Assembly: GCA_977030845.1 (NCBI GenBank)
Contig: OZ365112.1
Span: 13,888,001 to 13,952,000, forward strand
Length of the DNA: 64,000 nucleotides
Direction: 5' to 3'
Origin: Fimbriosthenelais zetlandica
Taxonomy: Eukaryota
Both the position numbers and the translations under genes were made by a program. Below the pieces are notes generated by a model. That model saw nothing but the letters and a program-made list of their open reading frames with translations, did no database searches and was not told where the DNA came from. Positions 21,301-34,306 of this stretch are shown in pieces. Each line of letters opens with the position of its first letter. The first letter of the stretch is position 1.

Positions 21301-24300
21301 ACAATTGTTTGAACCATATATAGATTATGAACTCGAGGATTGCGATTGAAAATATATATAAATAACAGTCTACTGGACTGCTATTTATCAAGCTATAAAT
21401 AATTATAGCCCACTGAAAACAGGTCGGAACAAAGGTGAACGAACAGTCAGTCACAAACCCGGATTCTACCAGGTAGGCCTAATGGTTTCTTCTACATGTT
21501 GCCAAAAATTAGTCTATACTAGATTCTACCTGAGTCTCTAAGATATTATTGTTCCTGCTGAAGCCGTTTTTTACCAGGATAGAGCAACAACAACTCGTTA
21601 GTGTGTTATGTTGGCTCCGAGCTAAATCTAGTCCAAGACACGCCAGTATCTAGCCGGGGTATTATCTAATGAGTTTGAGCATGACTTGCCTAGCGGGCCA
21701 TGTTTACAAGTAGCGAGAGAGAAGCCAGGATCGGGAAGCCATGTGACTGGCTTCGTCTGGATCGATCCTACCGCTAACATAGCAGTGAATGCCGGGGAGG
21801 TGGCGTAGGAGGCCCCGCTTCACTTTCAATCATTATAAGGCAAAATATTCAAATTTGTATATACATGTATGTATTTTCTTGGGTATCATAGGTCAAGTAC
21901 CGTATATAAGGTTCCGTATGTACGATCTTATGGTCAGTATTGCGTCAGTTTAAGGTTTGGTTAGGGTTTGGGGTAGGCCTCCATCAGAGTAACCGACCGG
22001 AAGTTGGCATTTCAAACGAATTTAGAGATATGAACATCTACTGGACAGTCTGATTTGGGGATAATAATCTATGGTACAGTGGGGTAATGTACGTGATACA
22101 TGTGATTTGGTAAATTGGTTACTTTGTCATCTAAAGTTACCATATAAGATAACATGGAATGTAGATAGACTCCACGGGCCATATTCCCCTCAAGTGACCG
22201 CCCACGCGTAGGAATCTCTGACCCGCCTCCCCGAGCCGCGAACGGCTAAAAGAAAGAGGGTGCACTGCGGTCCCCTACACCGGGGAGAGGAACAAACAAA
22301 ATCACCCACAATTATTGCCCTTCATGTTGTAATACCCCACTGAGGGGTCACACGGTGTCATGTCGATAGCACGGTATGGAAATTGAAGTGTTATGTGATT
22401 TTATTGACTTATTATAAGAGCATGCATGTGAATGGGTTTCAATGGGTTAAACGTTGGGAGTGATAAAGGGTTGATGGTACTACTACGCCAGTGTCGTAAA
22501 AATGGCTGGTTTTATCTAATATTAGGCCAGAAATGAAAAGCCAAATGCTTTACAACATGCATACTTGGCAGTCCATAAATATCCACCAGGCAGTGTCTGT
22601 GCATTTGGAAATAACGGCGGCCATATCATAAGGTTGTGTGTTTTTAAAGACGTGTTACTTCTTTCGGCGCAATGATGGGACCGTTTGCTCATTGATACGT
22701 AGATTGTTTCACACTTTGCGGTGTGGTCCAGCGTTTTACGGCCTTAAAATGTGGTTTTCTGGTGTCGGCCATGCCACTTTAGTGTGTTATACTCACAGCT
22801 TGGAGTGGCCCTACCTCCATATAATAAAAAAATACATGGCGGTAAAGAGGCCCGGATGTGGAAGGGGCGGGCCAATATGGAGGCCATCCGCAGCGCTTAC
22901 AACCCGCCCTGAATCAAACAAAATATCAATTTAAACGTCTCTGAAACCTCCTTTTTTGGGTTTTTCTTGAAGGAATCAGGGGACGGTTCAGTCTTGGGGG
23001 ATGGCATGTGGAAAGAGGCTGATTTCCACGAGAGAATGTAGAGGGCGAATGTAAACAAAAGCGATGGCGAGATGGAGGTTTCCCTTTTCTGACGCCAGGA
23101 GTCAGGACCTGTCAGTAAGGCTCCACCCCACAAATCAAGCCTCTGTGTTGTGTGTATTTCCCCCCTCTCTCTTCATCCCAGGGTTTTATGTAGCACCCTA
23201 GCAATATATGTCCTGGGGTAAATGGTACAATTGCAAGTTGTACATGGAGGGAGGAATTGGTTTTGGCTGCGCTCCATTGGAAATAATCTCGAATGCCATA
23301 AGTTACTCAGATTTTTTTTCAAAGTGTACTTGATCGATTCGAACGTCTTGAAAAGCAAAGATTGCAATCTGACTTTAGCATTAAGACAATTTATGTATCC
23401 TTAAAGATGAAGTAGTATTTCTTCTCATTACAAACTTGAGTTTGTTTGATATTCATGTCATATTCTTTGCTTCTTTAATCTGTTTCAAGACTAAATGTGC
23501 TCTTGCTTCCCAGCTGACATTTTCAGCATGAAAAACCACCAGCTTGAAGTCTTGGCAATTTCTCTACTACCCAGAGAAAGATGGGGTGAGGGGGAGGGGG
23601 TGGAAAGAGAAGTGGGGGAGGAAGAGAGAGTTTGATATGAGGCACTGAAGCGCGATATTCCCCCTCCAAGGATTAGATCCGTCTACACGGGTCGGATTAA
23701 GACTATGCCCGGTTTTACACAGTTCCATTAGATTAGGAACTGTTTTGGGATCGAAGTCTGGCGTTTTGTAACACAGATCTAGATTTATGATCGTCAGGCA
23801 TGCTTAGAATACTGGCTAGGAGTTGGTAGGGGTGGTGGAGGTGGTGTGTGATGTGCCTTTCCCCCTTCCTCTACTCTCTTGGAGCTTGGCCAATGATAGT
23901 TCCAACTTTTGCCGTCTTCCCGGAGGTGGCGCGGCAGTCTATGCCACCCCTCAGGCATGTAAGGGAAGCATACCCCGAAGGCCTATTCCACAAGGTTCAC
24001 CAAGCAAGCGATGTTATCCAAGCCCCGTTTATACCCCATGCCAACCATTTAGAAAGATCACAAAATCCAACACAAGATCTCCTAATACCTCTCCCTGGAG
24101 CTCAATTACGACAAGGGGTAATTATGCAATAATCAGGGGGCAAAGGTACAGAAAGGGAAGTTATTACCCGAGTTACTTGCCACTGTATAAGACATTAAAT
24201 GTTTAATCAAATCTAAGTGATGTTTGATTTAGTGTTTCTTAATTGACGGTAAACACGATGTTCTGTGGTTTTCTCTATCTTAACCCATTACCAGTAATGT

Positions 24301-26519
24301 TTACGAGGGCACAGGCATGTTTAACATGGCTTTAATACCCACTGGAACCACATGGTCACCCCAGGACACTACCACACAACCCCTCCCACTTTTCCCTCTC
24401 ATTGCTCCAGCCATCCATCCATTCCTCCAACCCCCTCTTTGGAATCAGTCCCTCGAAGAATGAAATCTGAACCATAAATCAAAAAAAGCCAGCCCCGCAG
24501 GGACGCTGGCAAAATGACACAGCGTGTAACCACAAGCTACCCTTTTAATGAACTCAGCCCATAAACTGAGCTTGTAAAAATATGACACTGTGGTTGTTGG
24601 CTATTGGCTCTTGGGAAGTTCCTCGCCTATGGTGTGGTAGTTCCCTCCCGTCACTCAATGGTAGAGACACCATATCTGACCAAAGGATAGTAAATCTTAG
24701 TCCTAACTAGGAACAGAGGCAATGGCAGGTTATGTGCTACTCCCAGCCCGATAATATTACCCCCTATCTCGCACTAGTCAAGTGCCATGGGACAACGTTT
24801 TAAAGTCAATTAAGCATGGAGTTTTAATTAGTGGAATGAATTGCTATTTAATGGCCCGTACCTGGTGGTAGGGAATTGCTCTTAAAATAATGGCGGACAT
24901 TAGAGTGTGATACAAGCAATAGTTTGCATGTTTTCCATTGGCAGCCTGAATGAAAAATCATCATTGACTTCCACTCTTTTTAATGTTTTTAGGATCCAAT
25001 TTTATTACTTTTCTGCTTTTGTTCTTCTTTTATATGTGGCTCCCAGTTTCCTTGCTTTGCCAGCTGCCGTTGCCTGGAAACAGAACGCCATCCAAGGTCC
25101 ATCAAGACATGACCTTTCCGGTCAAAAAGGGCAGAGCTGTTGGAGGCCCTTATTAAGGCCCTTACGTTTCCTGCATCCCCTGCAGTGCCCTACGGTCGCC
25201 TCCACCCGGCCCTATCCCTGACCCCTGCAAATGACCGAGCGTAAAAAGCATAATCCGAAAAGAGTTCCTATCCGTTGGAAATCCCTCCTCGTGGCCGAAA
25301 GATCTATCAAAATACCATAAATCTGCCACGTGGATTTACCTACGTTCTCGCCACAATATTTTGTCATCGCCTCTGTAATCCCTTCTAAGCCCCTGGCCAC
25401 CGCCATCCCCTTCTGGCCCTCGCCCCACCTTCACCCCACCACCCCAACCTCAAGAGCATCTCTTTCTACTTTTTTTGCTTTTTGTTCTTTCAAACTTGCC
25501 ACCTCCACAAAGTCAGGACCCCCAACCGAGAACTAAATCAACCCCCTATACTTCTCCTATGGCAGTTTCCAAGGCAGCAGACTTTCCATGATTGAATATG
25601 ATATTTTGGTGTTGGTGCCATATGAGGAAAGGGAAGTTGTGTGGATGGGAATGAGAGAGTGAAATAGTTTGAAATGGGCCTGGGTGTGGTGAGTGTGAGA
25701 GGTGTGGTTTTGGTGGTAGTAAATCACACCCATATTTGTCCTCTGATTATCCCTCCTCACCCTCCCAGCTGTGTCTCCCTGCTTCAGGTATTCAAACAAT
25801 ACCTACAGGGTGTTTATATTCCCCCCTTTCCATCATTCCCCCGTATGGTTTTCCATACTTTCTAGCCACAGACTGAGGACAATGCCTCTCACCCTCCATT
25901 CACCACTTCCTTGCCCACATATACCCACAATAATTTGCAAGCCATTAACTCCGCTCTAAATGATTCCAAACAAAGTGTTATGGGCCAAAAGAAACTGTGA
26001 TGTTTAATTTACCCTCCAAACATTGTAGGGTGGCATTACAAGACCCCCTACTGCTGGGGCAGGACACCAACACACCCCACCCTGCAAGAACAGAAGATAT
26101 ATAAACCCCAACTAGGGCGAAAGGCAGCGAAAAGATGTCTATATGCAGAAGACTTCATAAAATACCGCACGTGGATGGTAGTAAGGGGCCAACAGGTGCA
26201 TGTGGTAGCAGTTAATAGCATATCTGAACCTACTGGCCTTATGACAGATATACAACCATGTTTATGGGGGTTTTATGTCCGCGCGAGAACGTTAGTGTTC
26301 CGCCAAGGCCCGCTTGATGGTCACCAACTTTTCAATTACGACCTTCGCCAACAATCTCGCGTCCACGTAACGATGCGAGAACAAATCTGCTAACTTTATT
26401 GACGGAAAATCTTTACTGTTGGTTTTGCATCCATATCATAGAGGGAAAGGGTGAAAGAGAGGAGGAGGGGGAGTGTGGGTGGGGGAGAGATGGGAAAGGG
26501 GGAGAGCATGTATACATAG

Positions 26520-27306
26520 ATTGTGTAGTCACGTGACCAAGTTGGGGGCAGTGACTGTAGGGAGGAGTGGAGGTTGTACTGAGTTGAGCCAAGCACACCT
26601 ATGGTTGGTGGAGATTTGGGGGAAGAGTCAGTAGTCACTTTCCAAGCAGACAACCTCCTCCTCTCTCCCTCCTACTCCTCCTCCCTTCCCCTAGAGGGAG
26701 AGAAGTGGGGCTTTGGAGTCGATATAACGCGCGCGACGCGACCGCTGCTGCTGATTTCCTTCCATCCTACCTCTGGGCCACCGTACTTCTCTTATAGGCG
26801 TCGCGCGGCATCTGCGGGAGGCTGAACCAGTGTAGTAGAAGCGTATGAATGCACGCTTCCCTCCTCTCCTCCTCCACCTCCTCCTCTCTCTACACACATC
26901 CCCACACACTGACAACGCACAGAACGTAGCGCCACCCCAAGTCAGCACCGAGGTCTAATTCGCCCGCGCCCTGCTCAAAATCGGCGCAAATTCACGATAA
27001 CGCGTCATTTGTTGGGAATCAGCCGGCGAACCGGACTGGAGAGAGGCAGGGAGGAAAGTTTCTTTTCCCTGGCACAAGTGGACCTATCAGTCAGAGTCCA
27101 GAAGGCTGTGACGAGCTTCCCAGTTGGGCCTGTACTCTGCCTCTTGACATGCCTAGTCTCTATGGCGCTCTCTGATTGGTCGAAACCATTGACATCGCAT
27201 TAAGCATGCCAAAGTGTGTAATTCGTGCGCATTCCGCGACCGCGGCTACAAATCATTAGCGTTCGGTATATGAACCAGGGATAGCGATGATGTATGTGTA
27301 AAAAAA
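26520..27306 (+). promoter_or_regulatory. Lox4 proximal promoter / 5' UTR region
   Basis: CpG-rich stretch with E-box GTCACGTGAC (about 26528-26537), TAGCGCCACC (26927-26936), an inverted CCAAT box CTGATTGGT (27172-27180) and an Inr-like TCATT (27253-27257) just upstream of the ATG. Confidence 0.6.
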
Positions 27307-27778
27307 ATGAACACGTATTTCCCAAATCCGTTCCTCTCACCTCTCCAAGGGGACGGGCAAGGGAACCCAGGTTCCCTGCCCTGTAACTTCGGTGGACTCT
27401 CCAGTCGGTATGACGGACAACAATCCGGGGGGCCCGCGGCGGGCCAGGGCTTTCTCAACCCAGGAATGACTGGACAGTACAATTCACCCAGTCCAAATCA
27501 TCACCATATGACCGCAGCAGGAGCCCAGGACCCTACCTGTCCAAGAACCAGTGAACTCAACGGCTATGATGGTCAAACACATGGACATATGACCAGTAGT
27601 ACCCCTGGATGGGGGTCAGCCGCTGGACACCCTCAACATAGCCCCTCCGATACCTATGCTAACAGCTTACCGCAAAATGGCTCGGACAATCTCATTTCGG
27701 GTACTTGTACGAATCAACACCAAAGCTACACCACCACAAGCCAACCTATACCTTTCTACCCATGGATGGGCGTTGTAG
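27307..27778 (+). CDS. Lox4: Lox4 (Ubx/abd-A-class Hox gene), coding exon 1
   Basis: ATG in A-rich context (aaaaaaATG). The N-terminus MNTYFPNPF resembles the Hox MSSYF/MNSYF motif. The ORF ends ...IPFYPWMGVV (hexapeptide YPWM at 27757-27768), followed at once by a consensus donor G|GTAAGT (GT at 27779-27780), phase 1. Confidence 0.95.
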
Positions 27779-27897
27779 GTAAGTAAAAATGCCTTCTATC
27801 AGTTCTTATATTTCTTCCCTTGCTTGGGAGTGTTTGGGTAGTCATATTGGTTGAGGAGCAGTGAGTAGAGGGAAGAGCCAGTAGTGAGTGCTAGAGC

Positions 27898-27952
27898 CTC
27901 ATAACAGAGCAGGATTTATGGCCATCTTTATTAGACGCCTGCTTTTTATGGG
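27898..27952 (+). promoter_or_regulatory. HB1-like homeodomain (Cdx/Hox) site cluster at the 5' end of the Lox4 intron
   Basis: GATTTATGGCC (27913-27923), TTTATTA (27927-27933) and TTTTTATGGG (27943-27952), about 130-170 nt after the donor. Confidence 0.45.
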
Positions 27953-28992
27953 CTCCACCAACCTTGAATGGGCCTTCTATTGTGAGATGAACCGATAAAA
28001 ACATGTAGACGAGGTTTCAGAGTGTGTGGCGATGACCAATGGTCAGATTGTGGACAGTATTGACCATAATATCATACTGGGTAAGGTAGGGGAGAAGGGG
28101 ATTTACACCACCAACACACACACCCACACCGAGTGACCCCAGCTGGATCTTCTAACTATAGCGTCCACGTCTACTCCAACCCATATCATAAACACAACAC
28201 ATTTCATATACACAACCTTCCTATATGCCTCCACTCACAGCCAGCTAGTCTAAGTTTAATCGATCTTAACGCTTCATTCCCATTGATAGACTCCACACAG
28301 AGCTAGATACTGGTAGTGGTTGGGATGAAAAAGTCTAAACACTAACACATGGTCGCGATGTGAGGAAAAAAACTAGTGTCAGTGGCCGATCTGATGTAGA
28401 AAGCGCTCATTGGACGCCAGCGTTCTAGTCTCTATGACAACAACCAACATGGCTACCTACTCCTCCTCCTCTTGCTCCCCCACTCAACATTTTCTCTGTG
28501 CTTTAACATTTCTAACCCCGACAGCTTTCTGTACGTGAAATCAAGCTGTGTCTATTGTATATCTGTGTATTGTGAATGGTCGGTAGGTTTGAGAATAGCT
28601 AGGGACCATTCAAAAGGGGGGAAAGTCAAGTACCAGTATCTCAATCCCTCCCTCTTCCCCTTGCTTCCCAGTCCACCCATGTGGGAGAAAAAAATTGACA
28701 GAAGTCGCCGACAGGGGGCAATCGTGTAGCGCGTCCAGGCCGCGTGCACGAGCCACGCGATGACGGGTAAAACGTGTACCCCAGAAAAAAAGATTTATAT
28801 ACGATTTCCTTTCAAAATCAGTGGGTGAACTATGGATTTACATATTTGGCCTGACGTTTTAAAGAATATTGTCGGTTTTCTAAAGCACTGGGCGAGGGGA
28901 AGAATGGGAATATCAATGCATGGTTTATCTTTGAAAATAAACCGTAATTTATCCCTATGACTTATTTTTGATCCATCCAATTTCACTGATAA

Positions 28993-29057
28993 TAGTGACT
29001 GAAACCATTGTATAATATAGTGACTGAAACCATTGCCTGTAGTGACTGAAACCATTG
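28993..29057. repeat. Three perfect copies of the 18-mer TAGTGACTGAAACCATTG
   Basis: Copies at 28993-29010, 29018-29035 and 29040-29057, with 7-nt and 4-nt spacers. Confidence 0.95.
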
Positions 29058-31153
29058 CTTTGGATCAAATATAAGTTATCGACATAAATGTCGGTTATAC
29101 CCTATCTGGCTGTATTGTAAACATACCCTTTAATTTACCTCTGTGATATATATCTGCATTGAATATAGCTTGAGCAGCTGGCGTGGCGTTAACCACCATT
29201 CAGTCATTTATAGATCTGCATTGTTTCTACATGATATCATGTCCTTATTGTTATATGTACTATTCACATCACTGTGCGTCCCTCATATTCTACTGCATGC
29301 ACTCAAACACCCATATTGCTATTGATTAGGCTGAGAGAAGGACATTGTTTCTGTATGAGATGATAGCCAGAAGGAAGCCGGGTGTTTCATGTTAACTGAC
29401 AATAGCCTAACGTTACTTGGGACTTCCACGAAACCCATGGCGTGTTTGAGTGTGTGAAATAAGGTCAATGTATCAACATGGAGGAAGGTTTGTGGGTTAC
29501 ATCCGAGCGACAACCCTAAAACCCACCATCAAGTGCTGCCCCCACTCAGGAGAAAGAGGAGAATGCATCTGCTTCTCCTTTCTCTACTGCGTCATAATGG
29601 TAGAAGATGCAATAAGGACGCGGCATATGCGTCAAGACAGCATGCAATATGTTATCACTGAGAAATATTAATGGCATTCTGGCCTTCCTTTCAGGCTTTT
29701 ACTTGGTTTTCCCATTCTATAGCCACCTCAATGTATGATGATACTGCTCTGTTTGTCAATTTCCCCAACTAACCCATCTATACCTCCCGCATTCGTTCTC
29801 CTCCATTTCAAAATCCCCCTCTTCTTGCATCCCCTCCTTTCCAGTGGAAAGGAGGGGATGGAAATTCCACTCCTCTCTTACATTCATCCCCCTATTTCAC
29901 ATCATTTTACTGTTTTGAAATCCAATTATTCCACCCTGTCTTTTCCCCTGAACCCCCTTCCTTATTCCAAACTAATTCTTGTTTTGCAAATCGCCCATTA
30001 CAATCCGTCCCATTCCCACACATCCCCTCCTACCTGCCAATCTTTTTCTCCCCTCACCAAATCAGTCTTCCACTTCACATTTCCCATTTCACCCCCGACC
30101 CACACATGCAAACCTCCTTCCATGCACTAGCTCCTTCCCTCTAAACCCAAGTACCTAACACACTGGCGGCAAACCCCATAAATCCAGGCTAATTGATAAG
30201 GCCGACTGAAATAGGTCACTGGGCCCCACTCTGACATCATTAGGGTTTTAATCAGCCCCAGATAAGCACCCCAGTCCAGGCGCGTGCATTGACTCGCAAC
30301 AAGGCCCCAACATTGCATTTTGCCCGTCCATCCTGCCATCCCACATCAGAATCCCACAACAATCCCTAAGCTTTTTTTAAAAACATGTTTTGGGCCAAAT
30401 GGAAGTACAGAATCTCCCCTTTCGAATTGAATCCCCCTTTTTCCAATGTCTCTGTGGAAATTGGATTGGGATTTTCTGTATTCAAATCTAGAGGGAACAG
30501 AAGTGCGTCTATTTATTACATGAGCAAACAGGTGAACCTTTACCTAGTTCAAACATCAATCCCATTCCCTCTCTTCCCTTTCGAATCATGCACTGATAAT
30601 GGTTGACCATTACTAAAATTTGTTTGTAATGGACCATAGACCTGCAATAGGCCTACCATTGCCTATCAGTGTATATGTCACCACTTATGATGTGGGGTAC
30701 GTGCAGCCTTTACTGGGAATTTTGTCAGTCAAATCATTCCCTAAATACAAAACCCTGTTTAAAAGGCAAATGCATGATGCATCACCTCATGGGGCCTCGA
30801 AGATATGCGTTGCAATAACCAGTATAAGCTAGAGCAACCAATCTGCTCAAACAAGGCCCAGAAATGGCCAATAACTGGACTGGATGTCAATTATTGACTG
30901 ATGAGAGGAAGAGGACGCATATTTCATCTCGACAGTAATTATATTCAACATACATTAAAATATATTAAAATACGTTTCAGTAATCCGTGAAAGGCAGTGA
31001 TTAGCTTTAGTATGGGTCATAAAAGAGATCACTTGCTCTGCCATTTGTTTTTATGTCGATAAGATGCAATGAATACAAATGATACCCAGGTACATATCTA
31101 TAAAAATTAATGTTTCATATTCATGGAAATTAGCAGTTGAAGATTCTAATCTC

Positions 31154-31242
31154 CGGGGTTTGTATCAGAATGATTATGTACTGTATGAGGCAGTGCCTAT
31201 CGATTTACCGTTGTTGAATGTATCTTTATGAAACAGCCCCCT
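31154..31242. mobile_element. Degenerate TIR mini-element, same family, intronic
   Basis: CGGGGTTTGTATCAG ... ATGAAACAGCCCCCT. The right end is identical to that of the 33826 copy. Confidence 0.4.
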
Positions 31243-33825
31243 ATTGTCAACTTCTGTGTGGGTGCATGAATATTATTCAGCATTGTTGTCAGTTGTGCAT
31301 TGTTAGTCACTGTCAATGTATTTGGCAGTCTGTGTGTGGGTGCATATATGTGTGTCATGCAGTAGGCCGTCAGCTCCAGCATCCCCCAACATCCCTGCTG
31401 ACCAGTGGTCAGCGGGAGTCAATGAGCCTTAATGGCTCTACCCTGCTCTGACCATCCATATCTGACCATGTCCAGCACGCGTTGTCAGTGTCATAAAAAT
31501 CAGATGACCGGAACCGACCGCCCCTCAAACCCCCACATAAAACCTGCCCACTCATTTTGTTCTCCTACCCACCCAGCCTTAGCCCATAATAACTGCCGGA
31601 GGCGAGATTAGGCCTAATTTGACTCCCAACTTAATCTATGGCTTTTATCCCCGTGCCATGGTCAAGGTATTTACTCCTGGTGAAGCTCCTTTGAGTTAAT
31701 TAAGAGCTTTTGATATATAAGCAAGAACAAGTTTAGTAGTGATAAACATTGGTCTGAGGGTGTTGCTTACAAGCTTGTACTTTATGGCGTCTCTAGTGCT
31801 TTATGAATCTCATAATGCTCTTAACAACTGAATTACATTGGACCATTACTTTTGGTGAGAAATTTAGTAAACTCGCCATCTCTGTAAGGTCTGATTGCAG
31901 GGAATATATTCCTCAAACTTGGCCCAAGATATTTCTCTCAAATCTCTGAGTGCACCAACTTCGACTTCTTCTTGGATGTACTGGCATCATGTTTAAATGA
32001 TTGCATACAGACAAATGTATGCCAGATGATGCATAATCACACTCAGATGCAGGCCCCATCATACATAATGTATCTCCATCTATGTAAAGCCATCTCCATA
32101 ACCTTGGATGTGATCCATTCCAGCCTTGTAGCAGAGCAGAGAAAGCCCGAGACCTTCTGGTACCAACATCAAAGCCCGAGTTTCCTTCAGCAATGTGCCA
32201 GCAACTCATTCCTCCTCAGCTCTTGTCATCGCTGATCACAAGCCTCTGCCAATTTCCCCCAAGCAAGCCAAAGACCAAGTCACATTCTCTCCCACTCAAC
32301 CTTTCCCTCTTCTTCCCTGGCCCACTTCTCCCATTTCCTCTCTCTGCGGGCTGAGAATGCTTTATCTCCCTTGGTGTTATTTTTTGTGCTTTTGTGCATG
32401 AGAAACTACCTCCCCTTGTGGTCAATATGGCTGTTGACCTAAGAGCATGGTTTAGGAGTAGGAGACTAGAGAAAGAACAAGGCCATTTCCCTGTGGTCCC
32501 TTGGCATTGAAGGCACAAGCTGTAAGTGCTCAAGGCTTCACATAGCTATAGGAAGACCTTCCTTCAAGTCTAGAGTTGCTTATACCACTGCTTTCAGCAC
32601 CAGCTCACTGCTTAATAAGACCGAGTTCTTCTTAATCACCTGGCCACAATCAATGATGCTTTCTCCTTCCATTTGTCCTCAAATGAGCTTTGCATGTCCT
32701 TTTAATTTGGCTGGATTAATCTTTTAATCTAAGATTTGTAATATGTCCTTTGGATGGGCTCCCGACCTATTAGTATCTGTTCTAATCAATCGTTTTTTTT
32801 ATTACATACTACCATAGCAATGATGGATTATTTGAGGGAACAACCTCCATCTCTCTCATCCTCTTCTTCCTGACTCAGTCCTTTACTCATATAGACTCAT
32901 TCCCCACCTTATCTTCACTAATTGAGATGAAAAGAATAGGTTGGAAGAAGGGGAAGAAGAGATAAAATATAGTAGGCTGCACTCAGACCACTATCGATAG
33001 CTGAGATGTACATGGGCTTGTCAACCAGGGTCTTAGCCCACCCATCCCCCATGATAAAATATCGCCATGGTTCGAAGCGTAACCATGTTTTCCCCCTGGG
33101 CAGGGAATAGAGTGGCAACCCAACTCATTCTTTGCTGAAAAGAATTGATTGCTGGAGAATATAATCATTCTACCTGTCAATAATACTGCAAGCTTTGGGA
33201 AAAATCTTTCCAACCACTTGATGGATTTTATATGGATTCAACTGAGGCCTTTGGGGAGACTGACAGACGAACTGAGTGGGGTTCTCTGATAGGTTTCACA
33301 TCAAGAGGTCTGGCTGAATTGAAGGGCTAGAGCTACAGACCACAGCAGGGTGTATAGAATATATTCTGTGGTCAATTTCCGAAATAAGGTCAGGCTTAGA
33401 ATGCCACCCATGCATGTCCTTAGCCAACTTTGAATTGGGGGAAAAATTGACGTTTGAAACTTGAAGATTCCCATGCATGTAAAACAGGTTATGGAGACCC
33501 TTACCTTCCATATATACAAGAGAATTCATGTACAATATTATCTATGTTATTGCACCCCGCCCTGTTTTGAATTATAATTGATTTATTCCTGATCAGGGGG
33601 ATCTGGATCTCTATTATTTCATGGTTCTCGTGATAGAACTAATCTGGGTCTAATCGGGGGATGTCGTGTTCTTTGTTTGATTCACTGAATTGTTGAGCAA
33701 GGGATACTTGATTTAGAAGCTTACCATTAATTCGGCTCTATTGTCTATCAACAGATTGGCTCCAATATTTTCTTGAGTTTTAAATCATATCTAGAGCCAC
33801 AGAGATATCATGTAATTTGGTTTTT

Positions 33826-33914
33826 CAGGGTCTGTTTCACAACAAAGATCTGCTACGTAAGCCAATGCTTAGCCCTTACTAACGCAGCAGATTTACCTTA
33901 TGAAACAGCCCCCT
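33826..33914. mobile_element. Short TIR mini-element in the Lox4 intron, about 85 nt upstream of the acceptor
   Basis: CAGGGTCTGTTTCAC ... ATGAAACAGCCCCCT, with an inner imperfect inverted pair AAGATCTGCT/GCAGATTT. Confidence 0.55.
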
Positions 33915-33973
33915 AGGACAATCTGCTTCTGAGTGATCATTTCTCAACTTATTCCTTGTTGATGTGAGTTTAA

Positions 33974-34306
<333 letters not shown>

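Noticed and set aside
21951-21977. Telomere-like GGTTTGGTTAGGGTTTGGGG
   Set aside because: Only one true TTAGGG. It may belong to a Helitron-type non-autonomous repeat, but no termini were identifiable.
27775-27780. Alternative donor GTAGGT 4 nt upstream, and Ubx-like microexons in the intron
   Set aside because: The alternative donor would shift the frame, and I found no microexon with both good splice sites.
28993-29057. CRISPR-like repeat-spacer pattern
   Set aside because: Animal intron, only three 18-nt repeats, 4-7 nt spacers, no cas genes.
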